Shown here: piece after piece, positions 1-9,807 of the stretch
Layout of the letters: the number at the start of each line of letters is the position of its first letter
Position numbering within the stretch: position 1 is the stretch's first letter
NCBI GenBank assembly: GCA_034439655.1
Contig: JAWXAU010000159.1
Coordinates: 22,526-86,525, forward strand
Length of the DNA: 64,000 bases
Direction of reading: 5' to 3'
Origin: Bacteroidota bacterium
GTDB taxonomy: Bacteria > Bacteroidota > Bacteroidia > UKL13-3
The notes under the pieces: model-generated
Database searches by the model: none
The model's input: only the letters and a program-made list of their open reading frames with translations
What the model was told of the DNA's origin: nothing
Translations under genes and position numbers: made by a program

Positions 1-1122
1 GACACTAGCATTACACATACTTTTAGCGGACCAGGCACCTATAAAGTTTTATTAACCGCTTTTGATAGTTTGGGTCTATACTTCGATACTATTTCTATGT
101 ATATAGGAGTTGATAGTGTGTTAAAGGCAACTATTGCAACTGCTAACCAAACTATTTGTCCCGGTGAAATTGTGCAATTGGTTTCTACAGTTAATTTGGT
201 GGGAGGTGCCACCGTAATTTGGCAACCCGGAGGCAGTCTCATAGATTCCACGTCATTGGTGGTGGCTGCAAAACCAAATAATACTACGCGATACAAATTG
301 ACCTATAGTAGAAACGGTTGTAGTGATACAAATTCTGTTTTGATAACGGTGCTTGCCCCTCCATTATTTGATATACTATTCGACACGGTTTGTTTTGGTA
401 CTCCTACTTTTATCAGAACCGCACAAAATATTTCTTCCACACTTAATTTTATTTGGGATTTGGGAGATGGCGACACCAGTACTAGCAAAACCCCCATGCA
501 TACTTATGCAAAAGCGGGTGATTATAATGTAACCATTACCGCTACACAGGGAATTTGTTCGCAATTATCTTCCAGAACCATTACCGTAAAACCGCTACCG
601 GAAACAATTTTTTCCTATTCACCAAACGAAATATTTTTTGATAATCCCAAAATTACTTTTGTAGACGGGGGGAAGGATATTGCTCGTCGTTTATGGGATT
701 TTGGCGATGGAATTACCGATACAGATTCTGTAGTAGTTCATAATTTTTTAGATACAGGGTATTATAATGTTTCACTCATTAATTTTAGTGCTTTTGGTTG
801 CACAGACACTGTTTCCCAAACTATATTAATTAGACCCATTATACTACTTTATGTACCCAATGCATTTACCCCAAACAGGCAAGGCCCTATCGAAAACGAA
901 ACATTTTACCTTACTTGCAACGACCATTTGCCAGAGTTTCATTTTGTTTTATATAATAGATGGGGCGAAAAAATATATGAGACCTTCGATCAAAAATTTG
1001 TTTGGGACGGTACTTTTAAAAACAAGCCAGTTGAAGCAGGACTCTTTATTTGGAGAATGAATTTCCGAATCTCTGCCGAGAAAGGTGAAGTAAAAACTGG
1101 TGAATTAATTTTATATAGATAA
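1..1122 (+). CDS. PKD-domain cell-surface protein with T9SS type-B (gliding-motility-associated) C-terminal sorting domain; 5'-truncated by window edge
   Basis: Frame 1 is open from nt 1 (DTSITHTFSGPGTYKVLLTAFDSLG = PKD signature). Second PKD-like motif HTYAKAGDYNVTITATQGICS. C-terminus LYVPNAFTPNRQGPIENETF...YNRWGEKIYE...WDGTFKNKPVEAGLFIWRM matches the type-B T9SS CTD (TIGR04131-like). Confidence 0.8.
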   Translation, partial: DTSITHTFSGPGTYKVLLTAFDSLGLYFDTISMYIGVDSVLKATIATANQTICPGEIVQLVSTVNLVGGATVIWQPGGSLIDSTSLVVAAKPNNTTRYKLTYSRNGCSDTNSVLITVLAPPLFDILFDTVCFGTPTFIRTAQNISSTLNFIWDLGDGDTSTSKTPMHTYAKAGDYNVTITATQGICSQLSSRTITVKPLPETIFSYSPNEIFFDNPKITFVDGGKDIARRLWDFGDGITDTDSVVVHNFLDTGYYNVSLINFSAFGCTDTVSQTILIRPIILLYVPNAFTPNRQGPIENETFYLTCNDHLPEFHFVLYNRWGEKIYETFDQKFVWDGTFKNKPVEAGLFIWRMNFRISAEKGEVKTGELILYR

Positions 1123-1604
1123 TGCAAAGATCAAAACATTCAGCTTTCAAAACTATAATACTCTCTGCGGTTATTATTTTCTTTTCTTCATTTGTATATG
1201 ATAATAAAGCAGAGGTGGACCTTTTATGGAAAGCAGAGATTATGCCTGCTTGTACACTAAAAAAAGGTGACACGGCATGGGTGGTACTGCAAACAGATAT
1301 TCCCAAAGGATACCATTCTTATTCGAATGAAAATACGTCAGATGATGGTCCCATTCTCACTCAGCTCAACTTTGAAAAGAAGAAAAAATATAAACTTATA
1401 GGTAAAGATATTATAGAAGGGGAAAAAGAAGTAGTGTATGAAGAAGTGTTCAAAGCTAAGTTTACCAAGGTGAAAGGGCACATGGTGGTGAAACGAAAAT
1501 TTAAAGTAACTAGTAAAACCATCAAATTTAAAGTAATGACACAAATATGCGACGAAAATGTATGTATACTAAAAGAAAAAGATTTTGAGTTAAAAATATA
1601 TTAA
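1122..1604 (+). CDS. hypothetical secreted protein (N-terminal signal/TM; Cys-containing; possibly DsbD-associated)
   Basis: ATG overlaps the stop of the upstream gene by 1 nt. Hydrophobic N-terminus TIILSAVIIFFSSFVY. Lys-rich. Lies immediately upstream of dsbD. Confidence 0.35.
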   Translation: MQRSKHSAFKTIILSAVIIFFSSFVYDNKAEVDLLWKAEIMPACTLKKGDTAWVVLQTDIPKGYHSYSNENTSDDGPILTQLNFEKKKKYKLIGKDIIEGEKEVVYEEVFKAKFTKVKGHMVVKRKFKVTSKTIKFKVMTQICDENVCILKEKDFELKIY

Positions 1605-1616
1605 TAGAAATTATAA

Positions 1617-3695
1617 ATGAAAAAAATGAAGTATATATATATATTATTATTTAGTTTAATATTTAATGCTAGTTTTGCTCAAGAAAAAGTGCAACCCATA
1701 AAATGGAGTTTTGAAATTAGCCCATTTAAATTAAAGATTGGCGAAGAAGCTACAATTATATTTACGGGAACTGTGCCTTCAACCCAAACTATATATACTT
1801 CCGACGACCCACTTTATCCCTGTTTCGCTGAATATAAAACAATGGATGGGTTTAGCTTGCTGGGAAATCTTATTACATTGGGTAAACCAGAAAAACATTA
1901 TGATGACCTTTTTGGTAGTGATAGAATCTTCTTTAAAGGTAAATTACAATGCAAACAAAAAATTAAAATCACAAAAAACATAGTAAAGATTTCTGGTTCA
2001 ATTGATGGCCAAACTTGTTCTGATGCCAGTTGTACACAAACAAAATCTTCGTTTAATATACCAATTTCTGTATTGGCTGCAACAACAACTATTATTATAG
2101 ATTCGCCAAAAAATATTGACACCGCCTCTCAAACTATTATAGAAAAGAAAACTGATACGATTCATAAAACTGATGAAATAAAAGTTGCAACACCCACCAA
2201 TAAAACTCCCGATGACGACCTTTTGGGTTTCATATTACAAGCCTTAGCGGTTGGATTTTTGGCCATCTTCACGCCTTGTGTATTCCCAATGTTACCTATG
2301 ACGGTTTCTTTCTTTATACGCAGTGCTGCAAAGGATGAAGAGGAAAAGAAAAAAGCAAAACGCAGAGGTATTCGTAGTGCATTATTATTCGGACTATTTG
2401 TAATAGTTATATATACAATTCCTGGGGCATTGATATCGGGAACCAAAGGGCCTGAGTTTAATAATTGGCTCAGCACACATTGGTTGCCCAATATATTTTT
2501 CTTCTTAGTATTTATGGTTTTTGGGTTCTCATTTTTGGGGTGGTTCGAAATTATACTACCGAGCAGATTTGTAAACAAAATGGACAGTAAATCGAGCAAG
2601 GATTCTTTAGGAGGCTTGTTTTTTATGGCATTCACTTTGGTATTGGTTTCTTTCTCTTGTACTGGACCATTTGTGGGAAGTTTATTGGTAGAGGCGTCAA
2701 CAGGACATATATTAAAACCTGTAATGGGAATGTTCTTTTTCTCGTTAGCTATTGCTTTGCCATTTGTATTATTTGCGATATTCCCAAATATGCTACATAG
2801 CCTTCCCAAATCAGGTGGATGGCTTAATGCGGTGAAGGTTTCATTTGGATTTTTTGAAATAGCCTTTGCATTCAAATTCCTTTCAATTCCAGACCAAACA
2901 TATCATTGGGGTATCTTAAGTCGCGATATATTCTTTGCTATATGGATAGTCGTATTTTTATTATGGGGATTATATCTTTTGGGTAAAATTAAATTACCGC
3001 ACGATAGTGATATGAACCATATCGGAGTTCCACGCTTGTTATTGGCTATTATAGTTTTATCATTCACTGTTTATATGATACCAGGCATGTGGGGTGCACC
3101 AGTCAAATTACTATCGGGCATTACGCCACCATTGCAATATCAGGAGTTTGATATTAATGCAGGTAGAACAAATAATACTGCTAGCACAGATCCAAATGAT
3201 ATTGACATGAGCAAAGTTAAATATGGAAACTTGCATAAAATGCCAAATGGACTCAAAGGCTTTTTCGATTTTAAAGAAGCTAGTGAATACAGCAAAAAAG
3301 TAGGCAAACCCATGCTCATAGATTTTACCGGTAATGCCTGTACAAACTGTCGTAAAATGGAAGAGTATGTTTGGGTAAAACCTGAAGTATTGACTCGTAT
3401 GAAAGAGAATTTTGTATTGGCATCATTATATGTTGATGATAGACACAAGCTGCCCGAGAACGAATGGTATACCAGCAAAAGGGATGGTGAAGTAAAGAGA
3501 ACATTGGGTGACCAATTGAGTGATTTTCAAATTACCAATTACAAAACCTCAAGTCAACCACAATATATTATAACGGACGCGGAAGGTAATAATCTATTAG
3601 GTAGTGAAACTACAACTTATGATTCAGACGAACAAATCTATATTACATTCCTAGATAAAGGTTTAGCAGCATACAAAGCTAAATTTAAGAAATAG
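1617..3695 (+). CDS. dsbD: thiol:disulfide interchange protein DsbD (protein-disulfide reductase)
   Basis: Signal peptide. Periplasmic N-domain with Cys pairs. Multi-TM core with TPCVFPMLP motif (CcdA/DsbD family). C-terminal thioredoxin-like domain with GNACTNCRKMEE (CxxC). Confidence 0.8.
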   Translation: MKKMKYIYILLFSLIFNASFAQEKVQPIKWSFEISPFKLKIGEEATIIFTGTVPSTQTIYTSDDPLYPCFAEYKTMDGFSLLGNLITLGKPEKHYDDLFGSDRIFFKGKLQCKQKIKITKNIVKISGSIDGQTCSDASCTQTKSSFNIPISVLAATTTIIIDSPKNIDTASQTIIEKKTDTIHKTDEIKVATPTNKTPDDDLLGFILQALAVGFLAIFTPCVFPMLPMTVSFFIRSAAKDEEEKKKAKRRGIRSALLFGLFVIVIYTIPGALISGTKGPEFNNWLSTHWLPNIFFFLVFMVFGFSFLGWFEIILPSRFVNKMDSKSSKDSLGGLFFMAFTLVLVSFSCTGPFVGSLLVEASTGHILKPVMGMFFFSLAIALPFVLFAIFPNMLHSLPKSGGWLNAVKVSFGFFEIAFAFKFLSIPDQTYHWGILSRDIFFAIWIVVFLLWGLYLLGKIKLPHDSDMNHIGVPRLLLAIIVLSFTVYMIPGMWGAPVKLLSGITPPLQYQEFDINAGRTNNTASTDPNDIDMSKVKYGNLHKMPNGLKGFFDFKEASEYSKKVGKPMLIDFTGNACTNCRKMEEYVWVKPEVLTRMKENFVLASLYVDDRHKLPENEWYTSKRDGEVKRTLGDQLSDFQITNYKTSSQPQYIITDAEGNNLLGSETTTYDSDEQIYITFLDKGLAAYKAKFKK

Positions 3696-3725
3696 TTAAT
3701 GTGGCAGCACTATAATTGCTTCCTT

Positions 3726-5228
3726 ATGAATAAACATTTCTGCTATATTATTATCGTATTCTCCTTGCTGCAAGCTTGCCGCACGGATATAAAGGGTACT
3801 AAAAATAACAATAAAGCACCTCGTACATTTTTGGTATGCGATACCATAGCCCGTAGTGGTAATAACAGGCTTTCTTCCACAGTACAACTACAATGGTGGG
3901 GCGATGATGCAGATGGATATATTTCTCACTATAAATATTCGTTTGATGGTATAAATTGGTTAACTACCAAAATACAAGACTCTGTTTTTAATTTACAAAT
4001 ACCTCCAGGTAAAGATACTTTTGATTTTAAATTTATAGTAAAAGCAGTGGACAATATGGGCTTGGAAGACCCTGTAGGTGCATCACTAGGCGTGCCAGTA
4101 AAAAACTCTTCACCCAATATAGATTTTATCATTCCTACCGGTAGTGCTGGCTCTTCTACCCGAAACCCTATTAAAACATTCCCTGTCCTCAAATATTATT
4201 GGCAAACCAATGACCCTGATGGTGCAGCAGATGTAGACCATATAGAACTATATTTAAATGATACGAATAGTATGCCTGTAAATGTGCCTGCTAATTTTAA
4301 TGAGGTGACTTTAGTGGCTAAAAACCCCACTCAAATAACGAGTGATTGTAATATATTACAAGGAAGCAATCAGACTTTGTCAGCAAGTGTACTTAAAGGT
4401 ATGGTGCTAGATGCAAGCAATGTATTATATATTCGTTCAGTTGATAAAGTAGGAGCAAAATCATTATATAAACCATCGCAAAATATATTTGTGAAAAAAG
4501 TACATGGGTCTGTTTTATTGGTCAATGGAATGCTGAGTAGTAGCGGCAAAATAAGCTCACAACAATTTTATGAAACAGCATTAAAAAACATGAATCTATT
4601 AAGCTATGATACTTTATTGAGCAACGATATTCAAAATAATAATTATACCGAACTGGCTCCTGACAATCAAACGCAAGCCCTGATATTCGGACTTTTCCCA
4701 CATATTATATGGTTCACCGATGATGCAAATACCGCTCTCAATTTTGCAAAGAAAACACTTCCCACATTTTTCTCAAATAACGGAACATTACTTATGAGTG
4801 TGGCTTTTAATTCTTCGTTTGATACCACAGCAAATTTTCTAGACTTCACACCTGCAAGTCAACTCGTATATATGCCACAAGGTCAAACATACCGACTTAA
4901 CAATAGTGCGAATATAGACCCAGTAAGTAGTGGCTGGCCCAATTTAGTAAGTAGTTCGCCTCCCTTTGTTTGCCGACCTATATATAAACTAGATAACAAT
5001 CAAAATTACAATTACGAATATTTATATAATGCACACATCATTATATCGGGTAGTGTGAACAAGACATGGCAGCAGGCAGACAGTACGAATGTGATGATAA
5101 AACGTATAAAAACCAGTACTAACAAAACAGATTTTATCATTACATCTGTGCCCCTTGAAAAAGTAAACGGCAATAGCAATATTCAACAATTTATGGATAA
5201 AGCACTCAAAACGGAATTGGGATTTTAA
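3726..5228 (+). CDS. hypothetical lipoprotein (about 500 aa, unknown function)
   Basis: MNKHFCYIIIVFSLLQAC lipoprotein-type signal with lipobox-like LQAC. The ORF could also start at 3699. No recognisable catalytic motif. Confidence 0.45.
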   Translation: MNKHFCYIIIVFSLLQACRTDIKGTKNNNKAPRTFLVCDTIARSGNNRLSSTVQLQWWGDDADGYISHYKYSFDGINWLTTKIQDSVFNLQIPPGKDTFDFKFIVKAVDNMGLEDPVGASLGVPVKNSSPNIDFIIPTGSAGSSTRNPIKTFPVLKYYWQTNDPDGAADVDHIELYLNDTNSMPVNVPANFNEVTLVAKNPTQITSDCNILQGSNQTLSASVLKGMVLDASNVLYIRSVDKVGAKSLYKPSQNIFVKKVHGSVLLVNGMLSSSGKISSQQFYETALKNMNLLSYDTLLSNDIQNNNYTELAPDNQTQALIFGLFPHIIWFTDDANTALNFAKKTLPTFFSNNGTLLMSVAFNSSFDTTANFLDFTPASQLVYMPQGQTYRLNNSANIDPVSSGWPNLVSSSPPFVCRPIYKLDNNQNYNYEYLYNAHIIISGSVNKTWQQADSTNVMIKRIKTSTNKTDFIITSVPLEKVNGNSNIQQFMDKALKTELGF

Positions 5229-5240
5229 ATATATAATAGT

Positions 5241-5516
5241 ATGAACGAAGACTTAGACCCCTTAGAAATGGATGTGCTCAATTGCCTATATTTTGTAGAG
5301 CCCTTCCAAACTATATTAGAAGAAACTGGTTTGAGCCCAGCAATAGCGGGAGATGTATTGAAAACACTTATTGCCAAAAAATGGGTAAGCCCGATGAAGT
5401 TTGATGAGAAGGAACAAGAATATATTCGTAGTTTTATATATGATACCGACCACATGCACGATTATCGATATATGGCCACCAAAGAAGGGTTGATGAAACA
5501 TAATGGACTCGAATAA
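5241..5516 (+). CDS. hypothetical small protein (91 aa)
   Basis: ORF only. Located between convergent genes. Confidence 0.25.
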   Translation: MNEDLDPLEMDVLNCLYFVEPFQTILEETGLSPAIAGDVLKTLIAKKWVSPMKFDEKEQEYIRSFIYDTDHMHDYRYMATKEGLMKHNGLE

Positions 5517-7019
5517 CTACAAGTTTTTTAATCTATTGTAGTCAATTTTTGTATGATGTCGTGGGTCTTTGGGTAATGAATCAAGTTTTCTTGTTTCAAT
5601 ATTACCTAAACCAAGTTTACTTAATTCAGAAGTAAAAAACGCCTTATCAAAATCAGCACTAGGCACAAAAAATATAATTGGAATATTATTGATTTGTATA
5701 ATAGTTCCTTCTTTAATTCCTGATATATTTTTTAAAGTATATTCAAGAATAAATGGGAATACGTAGGTGTTATGGTATACAAATGATTCTTTGCAACGAC
5801 CTAGTAAATAAAGTACGCCGTCATTGCCTAGCCTTCCCGCATCACCTGTACGATGCCACAAACCCGAGTTGGTTTTAATTTTATTATTGAGTTGGTCTTT
5901 TGCTAAACCTAAATAATTTTCTAAGACATGTTTCCCTTTTACAACAATTTCTCCAAACTGTCCAACGGAACATTGTATGTTTTCCCATTCATTGCCACTA
6001 TATTCATGGTAAGTATCTGGCAAAAATTGTATAATACATAATTCTGTTTGTGCATCGGGAATACCGACAGGCAGACCATTTTCTAATGTGTAATATTGAA
6101 GTTTATTTGCATCAATGTGGCTAATAGGTTCCGCTTCGGTACTTCCATATACTATCATATTTTTGGCATCTGGAAAAGTATATACTATATCTTTTGCTAC
6201 ATCAGGGAATACAGGCCCACCACCAGTTACCAAATGCTTTACTGTATAATTTTGGAATTTGTTCTCAACTCCATATTTCCCTAAAGATGCAGTATAATAT
6301 GGAGATGCTACAATACTTTCTATGTAGTACCTTTCTATATCGCTATATATATTCTCTGGTATAAATGTTTTAGGTTTAGATGTTTTAAAACTCGGTATAA
6401 CTGTGGTTTTTCCATGTCCCAAATTAAGCATCGTAACAATAGGCAAGGTGCATAATTCTGTAAAGTTTTCACTCCCAGCTATTAAATGTTCGAGTGCATT
6501 AAACTGCTCAAACAAAAAACCATGTGTGCGATTGGCAGCCTTCGGTATACCTGTACTTCCACTCGTAAGCGTAATTAATGCAGAAACGTTTTCCTCCATC
6601 TCAACAGGTAGATGATTATATATATTAGTTTGCTTAGTAATAAATACTTTAAGAGGGATTGTTCTCAAATCCTTATTGAACCATGCAAACAACGTAGCTT
6701 TCCAACCCCCTGCAAACCCTTTGCAGTCAATCATTCTGCAACATTGGCTAATACGCTCTTTGTTGGCCCATTCATCAATAAATACAGCTACAGAACCATT
6801 ATAGAAAATAGCAAGTAGCATAATATATAAGTCTATGCTCATCGGAATATAGACCAAGACTTTATCGCCTTTTAATATATTCTTTTCTTGCAAATATGCT
6901 ACTTGTTGTAATACTTTTACTTTTAATTGTGCATAGGTAATTTCCATTCCCTTATGAATCAGTGCGACTTTGTCGGGATACTGCTCTGCCGCTTCCAGAA
7001 AGAGATTAACGATATTCAT
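5517..7019 (-). CDS. AMP-dependent synthetase/ligase (acyl/aryl-CoA ligase family, ANL superfamily)
   Basis: AMP-binding motifs TLTSGSTGIPKA (TSGSTGxPK) and YGSTEAE (YGxTE). C-terminal GKIDYNRL-like lysine motif. 500 aa. Confidence 0.8.
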   Translation of the reverse strand: MNIVNLFLEAAEQYPDKVALIHKGMEITYAQLKVKVLQQVAYLQEKNILKGDKVLVYIPMSIDLYIMLLAIFYNGSVAVFIDEWANKERISQCCRMIDCKGFAGGWKATLFAWFNKDLRTIPLKVFITKQTNIYNHLPVEMEENVSALITLTSGSTGIPKAANRTHGFLFEQFNALEHLIAGSENFTELCTLPIVTMLNLGHGKTTVIPSFKTSKPKTFIPENIYSDIERYYIESIVASPYYTASLGKYGVENKFQNYTVKHLVTGGGPVFPDVAKDIVYTFPDAKNMIVYGSTEAEPISHIDANKLQYYTLENGLPVGIPDAQTELCIIQFLPDTYHEYSGNEWENIQCSVGQFGEIVVKGKHVLENYLGLAKDQLNNKIKTNSGLWHRTGDAGRLGNDGVLYLLGRCKESFVYHNTYVFPFILEYTLKNISGIKEGTIIQINNIPIIFFVPSADFDKAFFTSELSKLGLGNIETRKLDSLPKDPRHHTKIDYNRLKNL

Positions 7020-7022
7020 TGT

Positions 7023-8027
7023 TTATAGTGCTTTACCAAATAAGGTATAGTGTCTAAAATCATTACCTGAAAACTTCGCTGATACATTCACGGATTTATT
7101 TTGCACGTGCATAAAAGCATGGTATAATTTTGTAATATGATTTTGGGATGCGTATTGCACAATCATATCACAAAGCAATTGAGTAATTCCAGCATATTTT
7201 CTTGCAGGATTCCTAGCCAATGTTTTTATTATAATACTTTGCTTACTTGCATCAAATAAATCTGGAATTGCAAATATAAATCCTGCTAATTTACCTGTCA
7301 CTGTGTCTTCTGCCAGAATAATCAAATCAGGATTGAGAATTGGCATTAGCAGTAAATACAGGTTTAAGAAATCTTTTGATGAGATAGGCGTATACAGAAA
7401 ATTATGAACAAAAACCTCGCTACACAAATCATATAACAGTAGTAATTCTTTCTCCAAATTGTTCATATCAATTGAACGGATATTTATTTGCTGTTGATCA
7501 AATCTTTCTTTTAAATATAAGTATTTTCCGAACGCCAAATCGGTATCGACTTGAGATAGGTAATGTGAAATTGCTCCAAACCCATTTGCTTCGAACTGCT
7601 GCGAGTAATAATGTTGATGAAGGTTTTCAGTAAAAAATAGTGGGTTTGTTTGACTATCTATAAATCGATAAGCTTTCCAAGTGCTTCCATTCATTGGGCC
7701 AATAATATAAGTATAGTCCTTTTCTTTGGCAATTTCAAATGCTGAATTTAATAATGTTTTTGCAGCTTCATGTTTGTCAATGCATTCATAATTACCTATT
7801 GCAATCGCAGATGTATTATTATATAATAAATCTTTGTTTTCATATAATGCCAAACGTCCGCAAGGCATATCCTCTTCCATTAGTAATAAACAAGTTGCTA
7901 TGCCTGCTAGGGCAAATTGATTTTTAAAACGCTGCGACCTATCACCATACAAATCAAAAGGGAAATTTATAAAATCCTCATACTTTGCATGAAGCTCATT
8001 TACCACAATCGTATGATACTTTTCCAT
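7023..8027 (-). CDS. hypothetical protein, GNAT-like (putative N-acyltransferase) fold
   Basis: C-terminal KTLARNPARKYAGITQLL resembles GNAT motif A (R/Q-x-x-G-x-A/G). 334 aa. Tightly packed between the AMP-ligase and the membrane protein. Confidence 0.3.
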   Translation of the reverse strand: MEKYHTIVVNELHAKYEDFINFPFDLYGDRSQRFKNQFALAGIATCLLLMEEDMPCGRLALYENKDLLYNNTSAIAIGNYECIDKHEAAKTLLNSAFEIAKEKDYTYIIGPMNGSTWKAYRFIDSQTNPLFFTENLHQHYYSQQFEANGFGAISHYLSQVDTDLAFGKYLYLKERFDQQQINIRSIDMNNLEKELLLLYDLCSEVFVHNFLYTPISSKDFLNLYLLLMPILNPDLIILAEDTVTGKLAGFIFAIPDLFDASKQSIIIKTLARNPARKYAGITQLLCDMIVQYASQNHITKLYHAFMHVQNKSVNVSAKFSGNDFRHYTLFGKAL

Positions 8028-8028
8028 C

Positions 8029-8724
8029 TTATACTTGTATATTAAACATCCATAAATAATTTACCGCAATGCAAGCAAGGGGAATAAAGAAATTATCAGA
8101 GCCTTTGCTGGCTAACAGTTCCGTGACGGCGGTGATAACTGACATTAACAAAACAAAAGTATATATATTTCCAAGAATAGGTGCATGGAGAAAATGGGCC
8201 AATAAACTTGTTACTATAGCAGCTACTATAATAAAACCCACAAATCCCGAGAGAGATTTTTTGTCGCCAAAGATGTACATAATTCCTATTGGGAAACCTC
8301 TACCACAGAGAGCCGCAGCAGGGTCGGCCAATGCCATAACCAATACCGGTTGATAGAACCAAAAATAACTCTGGAGGCCTGTATGTCCTCGCATAAAATC
8401 GTAAAATAAAAAACTCATGTATACTGCCACTGGATATAAAATACTCCCATGAGATTTGCGGTCTATAGCATTAATAGAACGAAGCAAATTAAATTTCAAA
8501 CTTACCACTAACAGGATAACAAATGATGAACAAATACCCAATACCCACCAATGTGAGCTGAATAATATAGGGAACAGCATGGTGAGTAAACCTGAACCTA
8601 TATGTACCACTTTCCGTGAATGCTCACCTTGTACTTTCAATTTATGATACAATACTTCTGCCGTTGCAAATAAAACGATATATGCTCCCGATAATATAAT
8701 ATAATGTAGTAAATCAGTATTCAT
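8029..8724 (-). CDS. CTP-transferase-family (CdsA/dolichol-kinase/phytol-kinase-like) integral membrane protein
   Basis: Multi-TM. ALADPAAALCGRGFPIG...GDKKSLSGFVGFI resembles the C-terminal DxxAxxxGxxxG...K..S..G signature of PF01148 but lacks the canonical CdsA SPxKTxEG. 4-bp overlap with the upstream DUF3419 gene. Confidence 0.45.
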   Translation of the reverse strand: MNTDLLHYIILSGAYIVLFATAEVLYHKLKVQGEHSRKVVHIGSGLLTMLFPILFSSHWWVLGICSSFVILLVVSLKFNLLRSINAIDRKSHGSILYPVAVYMSFLFYDFMRGHTGLQSYFWFYQPVLVMALADPAAALCGRGFPIGIMYIFGDKKSLSGFVGFIIVAAIVTSLLAHFLHAPILGNIYTFVLLMSVITAVTELLASKGSDNFFIPLACIAVNYLWMFNIQV

Positions 8725-9803
8725 ATTTTTTGATCAACTATATATTGATTGTAAAAAAAGCATTTATCAATGCTATGTAGTTTGTTGGAGAGTTCCTTTT
8801 GAAAAGCAAACTGCGTAGGATAACTTTCTGACAAACGCCTTGGCACCATCAGGTTCCAATAGGCTACACGGGCATTTGGGTTGGAATAGGTAGAAATAAT
8901 ATCTGCGTTTTCTCTCATTTGCCCTTCGCTCATGTATTCAAATATATCCGACAAGTTAAACCCATCAAATTTTCCGTAGGTGCTTAAAATTTCTTCTGCT
9001 GTTCCCTGTACAAATTTTATATTCTTTATATTAGCTCTTACTTTCTTCAAGTTTTCGGGTAATAGATATTGGGGCAATTGCGGACTAAATTTACCTGTAA
9101 ATATATATGATAAGTACTCATTATTTTGGCAAGAAACCGACATCAAATGTTCGTCAGCCCGTTGGTATATAAATTCACCTACATTGAGCTTTACATGTTT
9201 CATGAATTCAGGGGAACGGCCTGCATTACCCATTACCTTCTTGCTATAGAACAACTTGAAAAGCAGTTTCCACCGCCATGAATTCCATTTGTAATTATAA
9301 AATTTTGCTTGTTCTATTTCTGCTTTTTTGTCTAGTAATTTCTTAGTAGTTCCTTTCGAATGAATAAAGGGTAATACCCATTTGCGAAACAAAGAAAAAT
9401 ATTTTTCGAATTTTCCCGCATGTATAATACCTTTTTCTATATCGCCCAGATGCTGGTCAAAATATTTTTTAGCGTCACTATGCAATTCAAGTCTGAAAGA
9501 TTTATATATCTTTACTCTTTGGCTACTGTCCGTAAATCCCAAGAATGCCAATAACTCATCGTCCTCAAGCTGAGTGATAGCAAGCTTTTTCAACTCGCAT
9601 AAATATAATTGGATGGGGTTCAAATCTCCAGCAACTATAAGTTCCGGATTTAAGGTGAGTAGCGAAAAACTATTATCGCCCGCTGATGCAATAGAGAATA
9701 TCTTCCCCCCTTGTGCGGTTTTTAATCCTTCTAATAATACAGATGAATCTTCCCAACAATTGGCATATCTTATAATATCAAAATTGGTATTTTTGAATTG
9801 CAT
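8721..9803 (-). CDS. DUF3419 / BtaA-like protein (SAM:diacylglycerol 3-amino-3-carboxypropyl transferase-like)
   Basis: N-terminal IRYANCWEDSSVL...IFSIASAGDNSFSLL matches the conserved A-x-CWED start of BtaA/DUF3419 family proteins. 360 aa. Confidence 0.6.
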   Translation of the reverse strand: MQFKNTNFDIIRYANCWEDSSVLLEGLKTAQGGKIFSIASAGDNSFSLLTLNPELIVAGDLNPIQLYLCELKKLAITQLEDDELLAFLGFTDSSQRVKIYKSFRLELHSDAKKYFDQHLGDIEKGIIHAGKFEKYFSLFRKWVLPFIHSKGTTKKLLDKKAEIEQAKFYNYKWNSWRWKLLFKLFYSKKVMGNAGRSPEFMKHVKLNVGEFIYQRADEHLMSVSCQNNEYLSYIFTGKFSPQLPQYLLPENLKKVRANIKNIKFVQGTAEEILSTYGKFDGFNLSDIFEYMSEGQMRENADIISTYSNPNARVAYWNLMVPRRLSESYPTQFAFQKELSNKLHSIDKCFFYNQYIVDQKI

Positions 9804-9807
9804 GGTA

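Noticed and set aside
2162-2875. 237-aa minus-strand ORF inside dsbD
   Set aside because: It is entirely antisense to the well-supported DsbD transmembrane core and has low-complexity Asn/Lys-rich translation, as expected in an AT-rich genome. Treated as spurious.
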